From: Candidatus Paceibacter sp.
Lineage (GTDB): Bacteria > Patescibacteriota > Minisyncoccia > Phycocordibacterales > GCA-2747955
Assembly: GCA_014237915.1 (NCBI GenBank)
Contig: JABACC010000013.1
Coordinates: forward strand, 64,568-128,567
DNA: 64,000 bases
Reading direction: 5' to 3'
Of this stretch, positions 36,782 through 47,775 are shown one piece after another. Each line of letters opens with the position of its first letter. Position 1 is the stretch's first letter. A program made the position numbers and the translations under genes. The notes below the pieces were generated by a model. That model searched no databases. It was not told where the DNA came from and was given only the letters and a program-made list of their open reading frames with translations.

Positions 36782-39535
36782 TTATTTTTTAATTCTTTTG
36801 GTTTTTTCTAATGTTTTTTTTAAATATTCTCCGGTTAAAGAATTTTTATTTTTTGCAATATCTTCTGGGGTTCCTTTTGCTACTATATTTCCGCCTTTTT
36901 CTCCGCCTTCGGGACCAAAATCTAAAATATAATCTGCAGTTTTTATTAAATCTAAATTATGCTCAATAACTAAAACAGAATTTCCTCTATCTACCAATTT
37001 TTGTAAAATATCGTTTAGCTTCGCCACATCGTCATAATGAAGGCCGACGGTTGGCTCATCTAAAAGATACATTGTTTTTTCTGTAAAAGGCCTGTAAAGC
37101 TCTGAAGATATTTTTACCCTTTGTGCTTCCCCACCTGATAAAGTATTCGCTGACTGCCCTAACTTTAAGTACCCCAAACCAACGTCTTCTAAAGTTTTTA
37201 ATCTATCATAAACCGCTGGAATTTCTGTGAAAAATTTTGCGGCTTTAGAAATTTCCATATCTAAAACTTCAGCAATATTTTTGGATTTATAGGTTACCTC
37301 TAAAGTTTCTTTGTTAAATCTTTTTCCAAAACAAATATCACATTTTACATAGACTGTTGGTAAAAAATGCATCTCTACTGCAATATATCCATTTCCAGAA
37401 CAAGCTTCACATCTTCCACCTTTTACATTAAAAGAAAATCTTCCAGGTTTATAACCGCGAATTTTTGCTTCTGTTGTTTCTGCAAATAAATCTCGAATAT
37501 GAGAAAAAGCTCCTGTGTAAGTTGCTGGGTTTGATCTTGGAGTTCTCCCGATTGGCGACTGGTCTATTAAAACTTGTCTTGAAATATACTCTAAACCAAA
37601 AATTTTTTTACAATTAAAAACTTTAGCTGAACGGTATTTTCTATCAAACCGAGCTCTTAAATTTTTATATAAAATTTCGTGAACAAAAGAAGATTTTCCA
37701 GAGCCTGAAACTCCCGTAATACAAACAAGTTTTCCAAGTGGAATTTCAACATTTAAATTTTTTATATTAAAAATCTCTCCTTCAGAAACTATTATTTTTC
37801 CCATATCATGATTTCTTTTATTTTTCTTAATTTCAATAACCTCTTCCTCTCTTAAATAAGCCAAGGTTCTAGATCCTGAAAAATTTTTAGAAGAAGTTAA
37901 AAGATCCTCTAAAAAACCAGAAGCAACAATTTCTCCGCCCAAAACTCCAGCTTTAGGGCCAACATCAACAAGGTAATCTGCAGAATAAATTACATCTTCG
38001 TCGTGTTCAACAACAATAACCGTATTTCCTAAATCTCTCATTTTCAAAAGTGTTTTTATTAATCTGTCATTATCTCTTTGATGTAGGCCGATTGTTGGCT
38101 CATCTAAAACATAAGTTGCCCCCACAAGCCCCGAACCTAGTTGTGAAGCAAGTCTAATTCTTTGTGCCTCTCCGCCTGACAAGGTATTTGCTTTTCTATT
38201 TAAAGTTAAATATTCTATTCCCACATTTAACATAAAAGAAAGTCTTTCTTTTATTTCCCTCATAATTGGTTTAGAAATTTCCTCTTCTTTTTTATTTAAT
38301 TTCAAATTATCAAAAAAATCTAATGCATCAGAAACTGAAAATGAAGTAACATCAACAATATTTAAACCAGATGATTTATAAAATTTTTCATCTTTAATTG
38401 AAGAAGTTTTTGATTTTCCTTTTCCTAAAAAAACATTTAAAGACTCTGGTTTTAATCTATTTCCATTACAAGTTTGGCAGGGCTCTGTTCCATAAAAAAA
38501 TCTTGAGCCTAAACCATTACAAGCTTCACACGCTCCAACTGGCGAGTTAAAAGAGAAAAGCCTTGGTTCTATTTCAGAATATGAAAATCCATCGTTGGGA
38601 CAAGAAAATTTAGACGAAAGCAAAAATTCTGTATCAACTTTTTCTTTTTGAAAAATTTTTTCAAGACCTTTTTTCTCAAATGAAAAAACTCCTAAAACAA
38701 GTCCTTCTGACTCATCAATGGCTTTTTCTATAGATTCAGATAAAGCTCCTCTAAAATCTTTTCCTCCTGCTAAAAACTCTGAAAAATAAAATTCATCAAT
38801 TAAAACTTCAATATTATGTTTTTTGTTTTTTGAAAGTGGAATTTTATCTCGTAAAGAAAAAATTTCTCCATCAACCCTTACTTTAGAATATCCCTTTGAA
38901 AGTAGGTCGTATAGAAGCTGGTAGTATTCTCCTTTTCTTGATTTTACAACAGGTGAAAAAAGAAAAATTTTTGAATTTTCCGCATCAACTCCTAAAATTT
39001 CTTGGCTTTTTGCTTTTTCTGATAAAATTTTTTTAGCATCTGAAACTTTTTTTTCAAAAAAAGAAACAATTTCATCGAGTGAAAGTTTAGAAATTTCTTG
39101 TCCGCAAACAAGACAATGTGGTTTTCCAATACGTGCATACAAAACCCTCATATAGTCATAAATTTCTGTGATTGTGGCAACTGTTGATCTGGGGTTGTTT
39201 GAACGAGATTTTTGATCAATGGAAATTGCAGGAGATAAGCCAATAATTTCATCAACATCTGGTTTTTGCATTTGATTTAAAAATTGCCTTGCGTAAGCTG
39301 ACAGAGATTCCACATACCTTCTCTGACCTTCTGCAAAAATTGTATCAAAAGCAAGTGAAGATTTTCCAGATCCAGAAAGCCCCGTAATAACACTTAATTT
39401 ATTCCTTGGAATTTCTACTGAAATATTTTTTAGATTGTGGGTTCTGGCTCCTTTTACAATAATTTTTTCAGGAAAATTTAATTCTTCTTTTTTATTTTTT
39501 TTTATTTTAGACATTTTGTCTGCAAATTTTATCAC
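36782..39535 (-). CDS. uvrA: Excinuclease ABC subunit A
   Basis: Two ABC ATPase modules ([15 protein letters not shown] and [15 protein letters not shown]), zinc-finger Cys clusters and a LSGGEAQR signature are present. Confidence 0.9.
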   Translation of the reverse strand: MIKFADKMSKIKKNKKEELNFPEKIIVKGARTHNLKNISVEIPRNKLSVITGLSGSGKSSLAFDTIFAEGQRRYVESLSAYARQFLNQMQKPDVDEIIGLSPAISIDQKSRSNNPRSTVATITEIYDYMRVLYARIGKPHCLVCGQEISKLSLDEIVSFFEKKVSDAKKILSEKAKSQEILGVDAENSKIFLFSPVVKSRKGEYYQLLYDLLSKGYSKVRVDGEIFSLRDKIPLSKNKKHNIEVLIDEFYFSEFLAGGKDFRGALSESIEKAIDESEGLVLGVFSFEKKGLEKIFQKEKVDTEFLLSSKFSCPNDGFSYSEIEPRLFSFNSPVGACEACNGLGSRFFYGTEPCQTCNGNRLKPESLNVFLGKGKSKTSSIKDEKFYKSSGLNIVDVTSFSVSDALDFFDNLKLNKKEEEISKPIMREIKERLSFMLNVGIEYLTLNRKANTLSGGEAQRIRLASQLGSGLVGATYVLDEPTIGLHQRDNDRLIKTLLKMRDLGNTVIVVEHDEDVIYSADYLVDVGPKAGVLGGEIVASGFLEDLLTSSKNFSGSRTLAYLREEEVIEIKKNKRNHDMGKIIVSEGEIFNIKNLNVEIPLGKLVCITGVSGSGKSSFVHEILYKNLRARFDRKYRSAKVFNCKKIFGLEYISRQVLIDQSPIGRTPRSNPATYTGAFSHIRDLFAETTEAKIRGYKPGRFSFNVKGGRCEACSGNGYIAVEMHFLPTVYVKCDICFGKRFNKETLEVTYKSKNIAEVLDMEISKAAKFFTEIPAVYDRLKTLEDVGLGYLKLGQSANTLSGGEAQRVKISSELYRPFTEKTMYLLDEPTVGLHYDDVAKLNDILQKLVDRGNSVLVIEHNLDLIKTADYILDFGPEGGEKGGNIVAKGTPEDIAKNKNSLTGEYLKKTLEKTKRIKK

Positions 39536-39575
39536 ACTTACTTATTTTTTTTCATTTTTTTAGTATAATAAGAAT

Positions 39576-40523
39576 ATGTATGAAAAATTTCATAGAGAAG
39601 GAATTGATTGGTATCATTTCGAATCAATAACAAAAAATAAAGATTCTAAAGAAAAATTTTTAATTTTAGCTGAAGAAAAAAACATAAGTCGTTATATTCA
39701 GAAAAATTTTTACTCTGATTTAAAAAGAGACCGAACTTCTCTTTCAGAAAGACATCTTTTTATTTCTTTTGAACTTCCAGATCTTTTTGGAAAATTTGAA
39801 AAATATAGAAAACAGGAGATAAAAATAATAATGGGAAAAGATTTTTTGATTACCTCTTCAATTTATCCAGACCAAGGTTTGAAAAATTTTAAAAATCATT
39901 TTAATAATTTAGAATCTTTTGATTCTAATAAAATAAATTGTGTTTTGCCAACATGTGTAGTTTATTATTTTGTTTATTTAATCGAAAAAATTTATGAAAA
40001 TCTAAATTCTGATCTTTTAAAAATTCGTGAGGAAATTGAAGAAATTGAAGAAGAGATTTTTACAGAAAAAGAATTTATAATGGTTAAAAAAATATCACTA
40101 ACAAATAGAAGGCTTTTAGACTTTAGAAAAATCTTAAGGGCTCAAAAAACAACTTGGCATTATTTTTTTGAAATTTCAAAAAATTTTTTTGAAAAAGAAA
40201 GTTCTCATAATGCTATAGACTCAATTGTTCTTTCTCATGATATTTCTTATCAAAATGCAGAAGAATTGAAAGAAATGCTGTGGGAGCTTCGTGATACAAA
40301 TAATTCCCTTCTATCTTCCAAGCAAGCAGAAGCTTCAAAAACTTTTACCTTAATTGCTTTTTTAACCCTACCGATAACTTTATTTATTTCCATAATTTCT
40401 CTTCCAACAAATCAATCTCATCTTTTCTTGGGTCATAAAAATGATTTCACTCTCACAATTATAATTTCACTTCTGCTTTTTAGTTTAACTTTATATATTT
40501 CAAGAAGGAAAAAATGGTGGTAA
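39576..40523 (+). CDS. CorA-like divalent cation transporter family protein (GMN motif not conserved)
   Basis: A ~250-aa soluble N-domain precedes two C-terminal TM helices in which LPTNQ replaces the usual YGMN. Confidence 0.4.
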   Translation: MYEKFHREGIDWYHFESITKNKDSKEKFLILAEEKNISRYIQKNFYSDLKRDRTSLSERHLFISFELPDLFGKFEKYRKQEIKIIMGKDFLITSSIYPDQGLKNFKNHFNNLESFDSNKINCVLPTCVVYYFVYLIEKIYENLNSDLLKIREEIEEIEEEIFTEKEFIMVKKISLTNRRLLDFRKILRAQKTTWHYFFEISKNFFEKESSHNAIDSIVLSHDISYQNAEELKEMLWELRDTNNSLLSSKQAEASKTFTLIAFLTLPITLFISIISLPTNQSHLFLGHKNDFTLTIIISLLLFSLTLYISRRKKWW

Positions 40524-40546
40524 AAAATTTTAATTTAAATTAAAAT

Positions 40547-42115
40547 TTATTTTTTAAAAGTTTCTGAAAAATTTTTCAAAAATTCATCTAAATCTTTTTT
40601 AATATCGTCTTCAATTTTTTTATTTTCTTTAATTGAATTTAAAATTTCTCCTTTTTCGTTTTCTAAAGCTTCAAGCATTTTTTCTTCTGCTTCTAAAATA
40701 TTTTCAGGTAAAATTTCTTTTACAAAATCTTTGTTTGATGCAAAATAAATAGCCACAACTTGTTTTTCAAATGAAAGCGGAGAATTTACATCTTGTTTTA
40801 AAATTTCAATTATTTTTTTTGAAGAATCCATTTTTCTTTTTGTCTCAGGATCTAAATCAGAGTCAGAAGAAAATTGAGAAAAAGCCTCAAGTTCTCTAAA
40901 TTGTGCAAGCCCAAGTTTTACATTTCCAGAAACTGACTTCATGGCTTTTGTTTGCGCGGCAGATCCAACACGAGAAACAGAAAGTCCCACATCGATGGCT
41001 GGTTTTATACCTTTGTTAAATAAATTTGTGTCTAGAAAAATTTGTCCGTCTGTAATAGAAATTACATTTGTTGGAATATAAGCCGAAACATCTCCTTCTT
41101 GAGTTTCAATAATTGGTAAAGCGGTTATAGATCCTCCGCCTAATTTTTCATTTAATTTTACAGATCTTTCTAAGAGTCTTGAGTGTAAGTAAAAAACATC
41201 CCCAGGGTAAGCCTCTCTTCCGGGAGGTCTTCTAAGTAGTAGTGAAATTTGTCTGTATGCTATTGCTTGTTTTGTTAAATCGTCAAAAACAATTAAGACG
41301 TCTTTTCCTTTTTCTAAAAAATATTCTCCAATGGCTACGCCCACAAACGGAGCTAAATATTGAAAAACTGCAGATTCTGATGCGCCAGCTGAAACTATTG
41401 TCGTATAGTCTAAAGCTCCATTTTTTTCTAAAGTTCCTAAAATTTTTGCAGTTTTTGAATCTTTTTGCCCAACAGCAACGTAAATACAAATTGGTCTTTT
41501 TTCTTTTTTTTCATTTTTTTGATTTATTATTGTGTCAATTGCAATTGAAGTTTTTCCAGAAGATCGATCTCCAATTATTAACTCTCTTTGCCCTCTTCCG
41601 ATTGGTATCATGGAATCAATTGCCTTTATTCCAGTTTGGAGTGGTTCGTTTACTCCTGCTCTGTCCATTACTCCGTAAGCTTCTTTTTCAACTGACATTT
41701 TTTTGTCAGATAAAATTTCACCTTTTCCATCAATAGGATTTCCTAAAGCGTTTACAACTCTTCCAATAATTTTTTCAGAAACATCAACATTTAAAGTTTC
41801 TCCTGTTTTTACAGCAATATCTCCTTCACTCACAAGAGACTGATCTCCAAAAATTACAGCCTTAACAACATCTTCCTCTAAGTTTAAAACAAGGGCTTTA
41901 ACTTTTTCTTCTTTTTTTTCAATACTCTCTTCTAAAGAAGTTTCTTTATCTTTTTTTATATATAAAACCTCTGAGGAAAAAACTCCAGAAAGACCTTCAA
42001 TTTCAACAACTCCGTCTTTTGAAGAAACAACTCTTCCGATTTTTTCTAAAATTTTTTCTTCTGGAGAAAAATTCTCTATCTTTTTTTTTAACTCTTCTAT
42101 TATATGATTCGACAT
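40547..42115 (-). CDS. atpA: F-type ATP synthase subunit alpha
   Basis: The alpha-type GDRSSGKTSIAIDTIINQ P-loop is present. The sequence is alpha throughout. No other atp genes are adjacent. Confidence 0.85.
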   Translation of the reverse strand: MSNHIIEELKKKIENFSPEEKILEKIGRVVSSKDGVVEIEGLSGVFSSEVLYIKKDKETSLEESIEKKEEKVKALVLNLEEDVVKAVIFGDQSLVSEGDIAVKTGETLNVDVSEKIIGRVVNALGNPIDGKGEILSDKKMSVEKEAYGVMDRAGVNEPLQTGIKAIDSMIPIGRGQRELIIGDRSSGKTSIAIDTIINQKNEKKEKRPICIYVAVGQKDSKTAKILGTLEKNGALDYTTIVSAGASESAVFQYLAPFVGVAIGEYFLEKGKDVLIVFDDLTKQAIAYRQISLLLRRPPGREAYPGDVFYLHSRLLERSVKLNEKLGGGSITALPIIETQEGDVSAYIPTNVISITDGQIFLDTNLFNKGIKPAIDVGLSVSRVGSAAQTKAMKSVSGNVKLGLAQFRELEAFSQFSSDSDLDPETKRKMDSSKKIIEILKQDVNSPLSFEKQVVAIYFASNKDFVKEILPENILEAEEKMLEALENEKGEILNSIKENKKIEDDIKKDLDEFLKNFSETFKK

Positions 42116-42174
42116 TTTTTATAAATTAACAAAAAAAATTATATCATATTTTTAAAAATTAACCCCTAATTTCA

Positions 42175-45100
42175 CTAATCAATTTTTTTTAATTTTTCAA
42201 CAATAAAAGAAAATTCTTCATCATCTTTTTTTTCTAATTTTCCAGAAAATGCAAAAGTTCTTTCAATTTCTAAAATATCAGAAAATTCTTTATATGTATC
42301 TGGAAAAATAACCCCCTCTAAAGATCCTGTAAAGTCAGAAAAATTTACAAAAGCCATTTCTTTTCCTTTTTTTGTGGTAATTATTTTTAAATTTTCAATA
42401 ATTCCCGCAATAACATATTTTGTTTCTCTGCCTTTTTCTAAAATTGAAGCAATGTTTTTGTTTTCAGCAGAAATTTTTTCTTTCCAACGATCAAGAGGAT
42501 GCCCTGAAATATAAAGCCCTAAAAGTTCTTTTTCCCAAAATAATTTTTCTCTGTTTGAAAAAGGTAAGGTATATTTTTTATCTTCATTTTTTCCTGTTTT
42601 TAAAATTATATTAACTCCTTCAGAATTTTTTAATTTAATTTGAGATTTTTCTGCTTCTTCTGAGAACAAACTTCCTTGATCTGAATTTTCTTCTCTAGAA
42701 TTTTTACTAAATTCTAAGAGCTCTTCAATATTTGCTAAAATTTCTGACCTATCTGAAAATCCGTCTAAGGCTCCAGACAAACTTAAAGCTTCCAGTGATT
42801 TTTTATTTATTCCTAAAGGAGAAGTTCTTTTTAAAAAATCTTCCAATGATAAATAATTACCGTTTTTCTTTCTCTCGTTTACAATTTCTTCTGCAATTTT
42901 TTCACCGAAATTTTTTATCGACAAAAGACCAAAACGAATAACTTCTTTTTTTTCATCTTTTTCATTATTTTTTTGAGCTACAGCAAAATCTTCGTAAGAT
43001 TCATTTATGTCTGGAGCTAAAACTTCTATATCCATTTTTTTACATTCTTCAATTTCTTTTTTTATAGATTCGTTATTTCCAGCATCAGCTGTTAAGACCG
43101 CCGCCATATATTCTGTTGGAAAATTTGCTTTCAAATATGCTGTTCTGTAAGATAGCCAGCCGTAAGCTGCAGCGTGGCCTTTGTTAAAACCGTAAGCTGC
43201 AAAAGTTACAATATTTTCCCAAAGCTCATTTACCACTTTTTCTGGCATTTTAGATTTTAAACAACCCGCTTTAAATTTTTCCTCCTGCTCTGCCATTAAT
43301 TCTGGAATTTTTTTACCCATAGCTTTTCGAAATTTATCTGCCTCAAGCCAAGAATATCCTGCCATATCAACAGCAAGCTGCATTATGTCATCTTGATAAA
43401 TTAAAAGTCCGTATGAAGCTTTTAAATAAGGCTCTGTTCTGGGATCTGGATATGTAACTTTTTCTGGATTGTTTTTTCTTAAAATATATTCTGGAATAAA
43501 TTCCATTGGCCCCGGCCTGTACAGCGCCACCATGGCATTTATATCATCAACTGAGCTTGGTTTTAACTCTTTAAGCCATTTTGTCATTCCCTCAGAGGAA
43601 AGCTGAAAAACTCCTCCTGTTTTTCCTTCGGTTAGCATTTTAAAAGTCTTTTTGTCGTCTTCTGGAATTTCATAAATATTAATTTTTTTTCCTTTTACTT
43701 TATCAACTCTTTTCAAAGCTTCTGTGATTATTGTTAAATTTTTTAAACCAAGAAAATCAAATTTTATTAATCCTGCGTCTTCCACAGCGTGCATATCGTA
43801 TTGAGTAACTATTTTTCCAGTTTTTTGATCAACTTGCACCGGAGTATAATCCGAAACTTCTGTTGGAGAAATTACCACTCCTGCGGCGTGAATCGAAATA
43901 TGGCGTGCAGAACCTTCAATTTTTTTAGCCATATCAATAATTTTTTTCACATCCAAATCTTTTTTATATAAATCTTTTAAATCATCAACTTCGTCCAAAG
44001 CTCGGTCTATAAACATTGGAAATCCTTGTTTTCCAATTGGAATTAATTTTGAAATCTTATCTCCGATTTTATACTCATAACCCAAAGCTCTGGCACAATC
44101 TTTTACTGCTCCTCTTGCAGCCATTGTTCCAAAAGTTCCAATTTGTGCTACCGATTTTTTTCCATATTTTTCAACAGCATAAGAAATTAATTCATCTCTT
44201 TTATCTTCAGCAATATCTAAATCAATATCTGGAGGTGAAGGTCTTTCTGGGTTTAAAAATCTTTCAAAAGGTAGTTTAAATCTTAATGGATCAACTGTTG
44301 TAATTCCGCACAAATAAGAAACCAAAGATCCAGCGGCCGAACCTCTTGTGTTTGTTAAAATTCCATTTTTTTTGGAATGATCTATAAAATCAGTAATTAT
44401 TAAAAAATAAACAGAATAGCCTTTTTGAGCAATAACGGAAAGCTCGTAATCCAACCTTTTTTTTGAAAACTCACTTTTTTCTACTTTTCCAGATTCATAT
44501 ATTTCATAGGAAATTTTTTTTAATTCTTCATCGTAATTATTTTTAGAATTTTTTAAATCATAATCTGGAAAAACCCATTTTCCTAAATTAAGTTCTAAAT
44601 TACACTTTTCAACAATTTCAGAAATATTTGAAAGTGATTCAGGAGCGTGTGAGAAAAAATCTTCCATTTTTTCGGGAGAATGAAAAGAAAAATCTTCGCC
44701 ATCATTGTGTTCCATTTTTCCCATTTTAATATTTCCAACATCCACCAAAACATTTCTAGCTTCCCTGTCTTTTTTTTCTAAATAATAAGTATCTCCTGTG
44801 GCCACTAATTTTAAATTATTTTTTTTAGAAAAATTTATGATTTTTTCTTGGAGCTCTTTTTGTCCTTCAATTTCTGGTTGATGAATAATTTCTAAATATA
44901 AATCTTCGCCAAAAGTTTTTTTGTAAAAATTTATTTCCTCTAAAGCTTTTTCTTCGTTGTTTAATCTTAAATGTGTAGAAGTAGGGCCTGAAAACTGCGG
45001 AATAATACAAACTAAATCTTTTCCAAATTTTTCTAAAAGCTCTTTGTCGATTCTTGGTTTGTAATAATAACCTTCCAGAAAAGAGTAAGAAACCAGTTTT

Positions 45101-45408
45101 AATAAATTTTTGTAACCATCTTCATTTTTTGCGAGTAATACAAGCCTGTATCTTTTGTTATCAATTTTTGGTTGTTTATCTCTTCTTTTTCTTAAAGCAA
45201 CATAAAAATCAACTCCCACAATTGGTTTGATTTCATTTTTTTTACATTCTTTATAAAAAGAAATTGCTGAATATAAATTTCCATCATCTGTTAAAGCAAG
45301 TGATTTTAAGTTAAATTCTTTTGCTTTTTTTATAAGATTTGGAATTTTTGGTAAAGCGTTTAAAAGTGAAAAGTGGCTGTGATTGTGAAGATGAGTAAAA
45401 TTTTTCAT
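42175..45408 (-). CDS. dnaE: DNA polymerase III subunit alpha
   Basis: It has the N-terminal PHP domain (HLHNHSHFSLL), the polymerase core and a C-terminal OB domain. Confidence 0.9.
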   Translation of the reverse strand: MKNFTHLHNHSHFSLLNALPKIPNLIKKAKEFNLKSLALTDDGNLYSAISFYKECKKNEIKPIVGVDFYVALRKRRDKQPKIDNKRYRLVLLAKNEDGYKNLLKLVSYSFLEGYYYKPRIDKELLEKFGKDLVCIIPQFSGPTSTHLRLNNEEKALEEINFYKKTFGEDLYLEIIHQPEIEGQKELQEKIINFSKKNNLKLVATGDTYYLEKKDREARNVLVDVGNIKMGKMEHNDGEDFSFHSPEKMEDFFSHAPESLSNISEIVEKCNLELNLGKWVFPDYDLKNSKNNYDEELKKISYEIYESGKVEKSEFSKKRLDYELSVIAQKGYSVYFLIITDFIDHSKKNGILTNTRGSAAGSLVSYLCGITTVDPLRFKLPFERFLNPERPSPPDIDLDIAEDKRDELISYAVEKYGKKSVAQIGTFGTMAARGAVKDCARALGYEYKIGDKISKLIPIGKQGFPMFIDRALDEVDDLKDLYKKDLDVKKIIDMAKKIEGSARHISIHAAGVVISPTEVSDYTPVQVDQKTGKIVTQYDMHAVEDAGLIKFDFLGLKNLTIITEALKRVDKVKGKKINIYEIPEDDKKTFKMLTEGKTGGVFQLSSEGMTKWLKELKPSSVDDINAMVALYRPGPMEFIPEYILRKNNPEKVTYPDPRTEPYLKASYGLLIYQDDIMQLAVDMAGYSWLEADKFRKAMGKKIPELMAEQEEKFKAGCLKSKMPEKVVNELWENIVTFAAYGFNKGHAAAYGWLSYRTAYLKANFPTEYMAAVLTADAGNNESIKKEIEECKKMDIEVLAPDINESYEDFAVAQKNNEKDEKKEVIRFGLLSIKNFGEKIAEEIVNERKKNGNYLSLEDFLKRTSPLGINKKSLEALSLSGALDGFSDRSEILANIEELLEFSKNSREENSDQGSLFSEEAEKSQIKLKNSEGVNIILKTGKNEDKKYTLPFSNREKLFWEKELLGLYISGHPLDRWKEKISAENKNIASILEKGRETKYVIAGIIENLKIITTKKGKEMAFVNFSDFTGSLEGVIFPDTYKEFSDILEIERTFAFSGKLEKKDDEEFSFIVEKLKKID

Positions 45409-45438
45409 AAATAAATTATAACAAAAAAAATTCTAAAA

Positions 45439-45485
45439 TTGGGCGCAAAAAAATGAAACTTCGTTTCATTTTTTTGCGCCCAATT
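45439..45485. terminator. Hairpin ttgggcgcaaaaaaatgaaacTTCGtttcatttttttgcgcccaa between tRNA-Thr and dnaE
   Basis: Same architecture as the 2035-2085 and 17707-17753 elements. Confidence 0.55.
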
Positions 45486-45509
45486 TTATAATTTTTTACC
45501 TCCAAGTTG

Positions 45510-45583
45510 AGCCGTTTCCCGAAATCGAATCGGGGACCTCAGCCTTACCATGGCTGCGCTCTATCCAACTGAGCTAAAACGGC
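45510..45583 (-). tRNA. tRNA-Thr (anticodon GGT)
   Basis: Minus-strand cloverleaf: GCCGTTT-TA-GCTCAGTTGGATAGAGC-G-CAGCC-ATGGTAA-GGCTG-AGGTC-CCCGATTCGATTTCGGG-AAACGGC-T. Confidence 0.85.
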
Positions 45584-45675
45584 TTTTTTTATTTTATTAA
45601 ATAAATTCGTATTTTTGTGTTTTTGTCTTTTGTGGATTTTGCTTCGCAAAATCCACAAAAATTTTACCACAAAAA

Positions 45676-46434
45676 TTATAAAAATTTTTCTCTATATTTT
45701 GACATTACAATTCCCGCAGAAACCGAAACATTTAAAGATTCTACTTTTTTTAAAATCGGGATATTTATTATAAAGTCAGATTTTTTTAAAGTTAAAACTG
45801 AAACTCCTCCCCCTTCCGATCCTAAAACAAAAGCAGTGTTTGTGTCAAAAGAGTTTTCAGAAAAAATTTCTGATCTTTCACTTTTTCCATCAAGAGCATA
45901 CATCCAAAATTTTTCTTTTTTTAATTTTTCAATTAAATTATTTATATTTGAAACTTTAATAATTGGCACAGAAAAAATATTTCCAGCTGAAGATTTGAAA
46001 ACCGCTCCGTTTACAGGCGCGGAATTTTTCTCTTCGAGAAAAATTCCGCAAACCCCAAAAGCTGCCGCCGAGCGCACAATAGCCCCCAAATTTCCCACAT
46101 CAGAAATTCCATCCAAAATTAAAACTAAATTTTTCTCAGGTTTTAAAAAATTATTTTTCCAATTATCAAAATTAAGATATTCAAAATTTTCAATTTGGGC
46201 TAAAATATTTTGGTGATTAACCTCCCCCACTTTTTTAAACGCAAAATCTTTGCTAACTATTTCTATTTCCACTTTTTTTGGAAAGTTTTCTATTTTAGAA
46301 GTAAAATTTTTAACCTCAGCTTTTTTCAAATCAACAAAATAAAATTTTTTTATTTTGTTTGCATTATTTTTCAAAACTTCTGAAATTACATTTTTCCCAT
46401 AAATGAAAAAACCTTTTTCTTTTTTATTATTCAT
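45676..46434 (-). CDS. TrmH/SpoU-family RNA 2'-O-methyltransferase (RlmB-like)
   Basis: SpoU motifs are present (ILDGISDVGNLGAIVRSAAAFG, ALDG, FVLGSEGGG). The plus-strand ORF 45617..46216 is its shadow. Confidence 0.75.
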   Translation of the reverse strand: MNNKKEKGFFIYGKNVISEVLKNNANKIKKFYFVDLKKAEVKNFTSKIENFPKKVEIEIVSKDFAFKKVGEVNHQNILAQIENFEYLNFDNWKNNFLKPEKNLVLILDGISDVGNLGAIVRSAAAFGVCGIFLEEKNSAPVNGAVFKSSAGNIFSVPIIKVSNINNLIEKLKKEKFWMYALDGKSERSEIFSENSFDTNTAFVLGSEGGGVSVLTLKKSDFIINIPILKKVESLNVSVSAGIVMSKYREKFL

Positions 46435-46437
46435 AAA

Positions 46438-47514
46438 TTATATTTTAACATTTAAAAACCAATTAAATATACTTTTAAAAAAATTAATACTTCCCTCATT
46501 GTTCTTTTGGTCATTTTCTTGAAAATTATTTTCATTCTTTTTTTCAATTTCCAGAACCTTACTTTTTTCTTCTTTTTTGAAATTATTTTCTTCTTCGTAT
46601 ACTTCATTTTTTAAATCTTCTTGAACAACAATTTCTTTTGTTTTATAAATTTCTTCTTCACTAAAGTAAATCTCTTCAATATTGACATGCTCTTGATTTT
46701 CAATCTCAGTAGATACGAATTCATCTTTTATTTTAATTGTTTTAATAACTCCAACCTCTTCATCAACTTTTTTACTATAATTTTCTTCTATTTTAATTTT
46801 TGGTTTTTTCTCAATTCCTCGTATAGAGTTGAATATGTCGCTTTGAACATACTCAACTTTTTTACCTCCATCTTCCCACCTTTTACATTCCCAAGTTCCC
46901 TCTACTACCGAATTTTCTCCATACATATCCTTGCATACATCTTCCAAGGGTAGGTAATATTTTTTATCTCTAGAAATTAATTTATCCTCTTTGCAGTACA
47001 AACAACTACCACCTTTTTTAATATATTTTTCTCCTATTCCACACTCTTCTGATGTTTTTCCTCTTTTTATTTCTTTTTCATCTAAGTCATAATAGTAGTG
47101 AAAAACGTGTTTTTTATCATAATAAAAATCTAGGGAAATAGTATCTACAAATGGTGAAAAATATCCGTACTCTTTAAATGTATTATTTTCTAAAATTTGT
47201 TTCATTTCATAATATTGTTTATGTTTTTCTAAATACCAATTATGTGTGCACTGCTTATAGAGAAATTCTCTTTTTTCATCTAAAATTTGATTATTGTTGC
47301 TTGCATACGCTAATCTAAGTTTTTGTGTTAAGTCTTCCTGTTCTTGTATGTTATCTAAATATTGATTTTTAAGATTGTTTGAACTCATTCTAAAACCACC
47401 TGTTGCAATATATAACGCTCTAATATCATTAAATTCTTCTTCTTGTATTTCTTTAAGTTCAGACAATGAATCTCTTGCAAAATCTTCAAAAGATATTTCA
47501 TATTCATCATGCAA
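46438..47514 (-). CDS. Hypothetical Cys-containing protein with an E/K-rich C-terminal tail; TTG start
   Basis: The ORF starts at a TTG 3 nt after the upstream stop codon, with GGAGAG 8 nt upstream. Cys motifs are CGIGEKYIKKGGSCLYC and CKDMYGENSVVEGTWEC. Confidence 0.4.
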   Translation of the reverse strand: MHDEYEISFEDFARDSLSELKEIQEEEFNDIRALYIATGGFRMSSNNLKNQYLDNIQEQEDLTQKLRLAYASNNNQILDEKREFLYKQCTHNWYLEKHKQYYEMKQILENNTFKEYGYFSPFVDTISLDFYYDKKHVFHYYYDLDEKEIKRGKTSEECGIGEKYIKKGGSCLYCKEDKLISRDKKYYLPLEDVCKDMYGENSVVEGTWECKRWEDGGKKVEYVQSDIFNSIRGIEKKPKIKIEENYSKKVDEEVGVIKTIKIKDEFVSTEIENQEHVNIEEIYFSEEEIYKTKEIVVQEDLKNEVYEEENNFKKEEKSKVLEIEKKNENNFQENDQKNNEGSINFFKSIFNWFLNVKI

Positions 47515-47517
47515 ATC

Positions 47518-47766
47518 TTATATCTCTCCATTGTAAGCTTTGGAAACTTTTTCATAAACACCAACCGAACAAAAATCTTTACACAGATCTACATCAAAAA
47601 AATTCTCGCTACTATCTCTCCACCCGTCAACACAAATAGCACTTCCATCCAGATCAAAACCAGCACTACAGTCAACTCCTCCATGCCAAGAACAAGTTCC
47701 GGGAGCTGAAGAAAAACTAAAAACTGGTAATACAATAAAAATGAACAGTACTTTTTTCTTAATCAT
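47518..47766 (-). CDS. Small secreted cysteine-rich peptide (82-aa precursor)
   Basis: A clear signal peptide (MIKKKVLFIFIVLPVFSFSSA) precedes a ~60-aa mature part with 5 Cys. It looks GC-richer than the flanks by eye. Confidence 0.5.
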   Translation of the reverse strand: MIKKKVLFIFIVLPVFSFSSAPGTCSWHGGVDCSAGFDLDGSAICVDGWRDSSENFFDVDLCKDFCSVGVYEKVSKAYNGEI

Positions 47767-47775
47767 GGTGTCAAA

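Noticed and set aside
41242-41736. 164-aa plus-strand ORF inside atpA
   Set aside because: It is antisense to the ATP synthase alpha subunit and gives a Leu/Phe-rich nonsense translation.
45617-46216. 199-aa plus-strand ORF overlapping the TrmH-family gene
   Set aside because: The opposite strand carries clear SpoU motifs. This ORF is its shadow.
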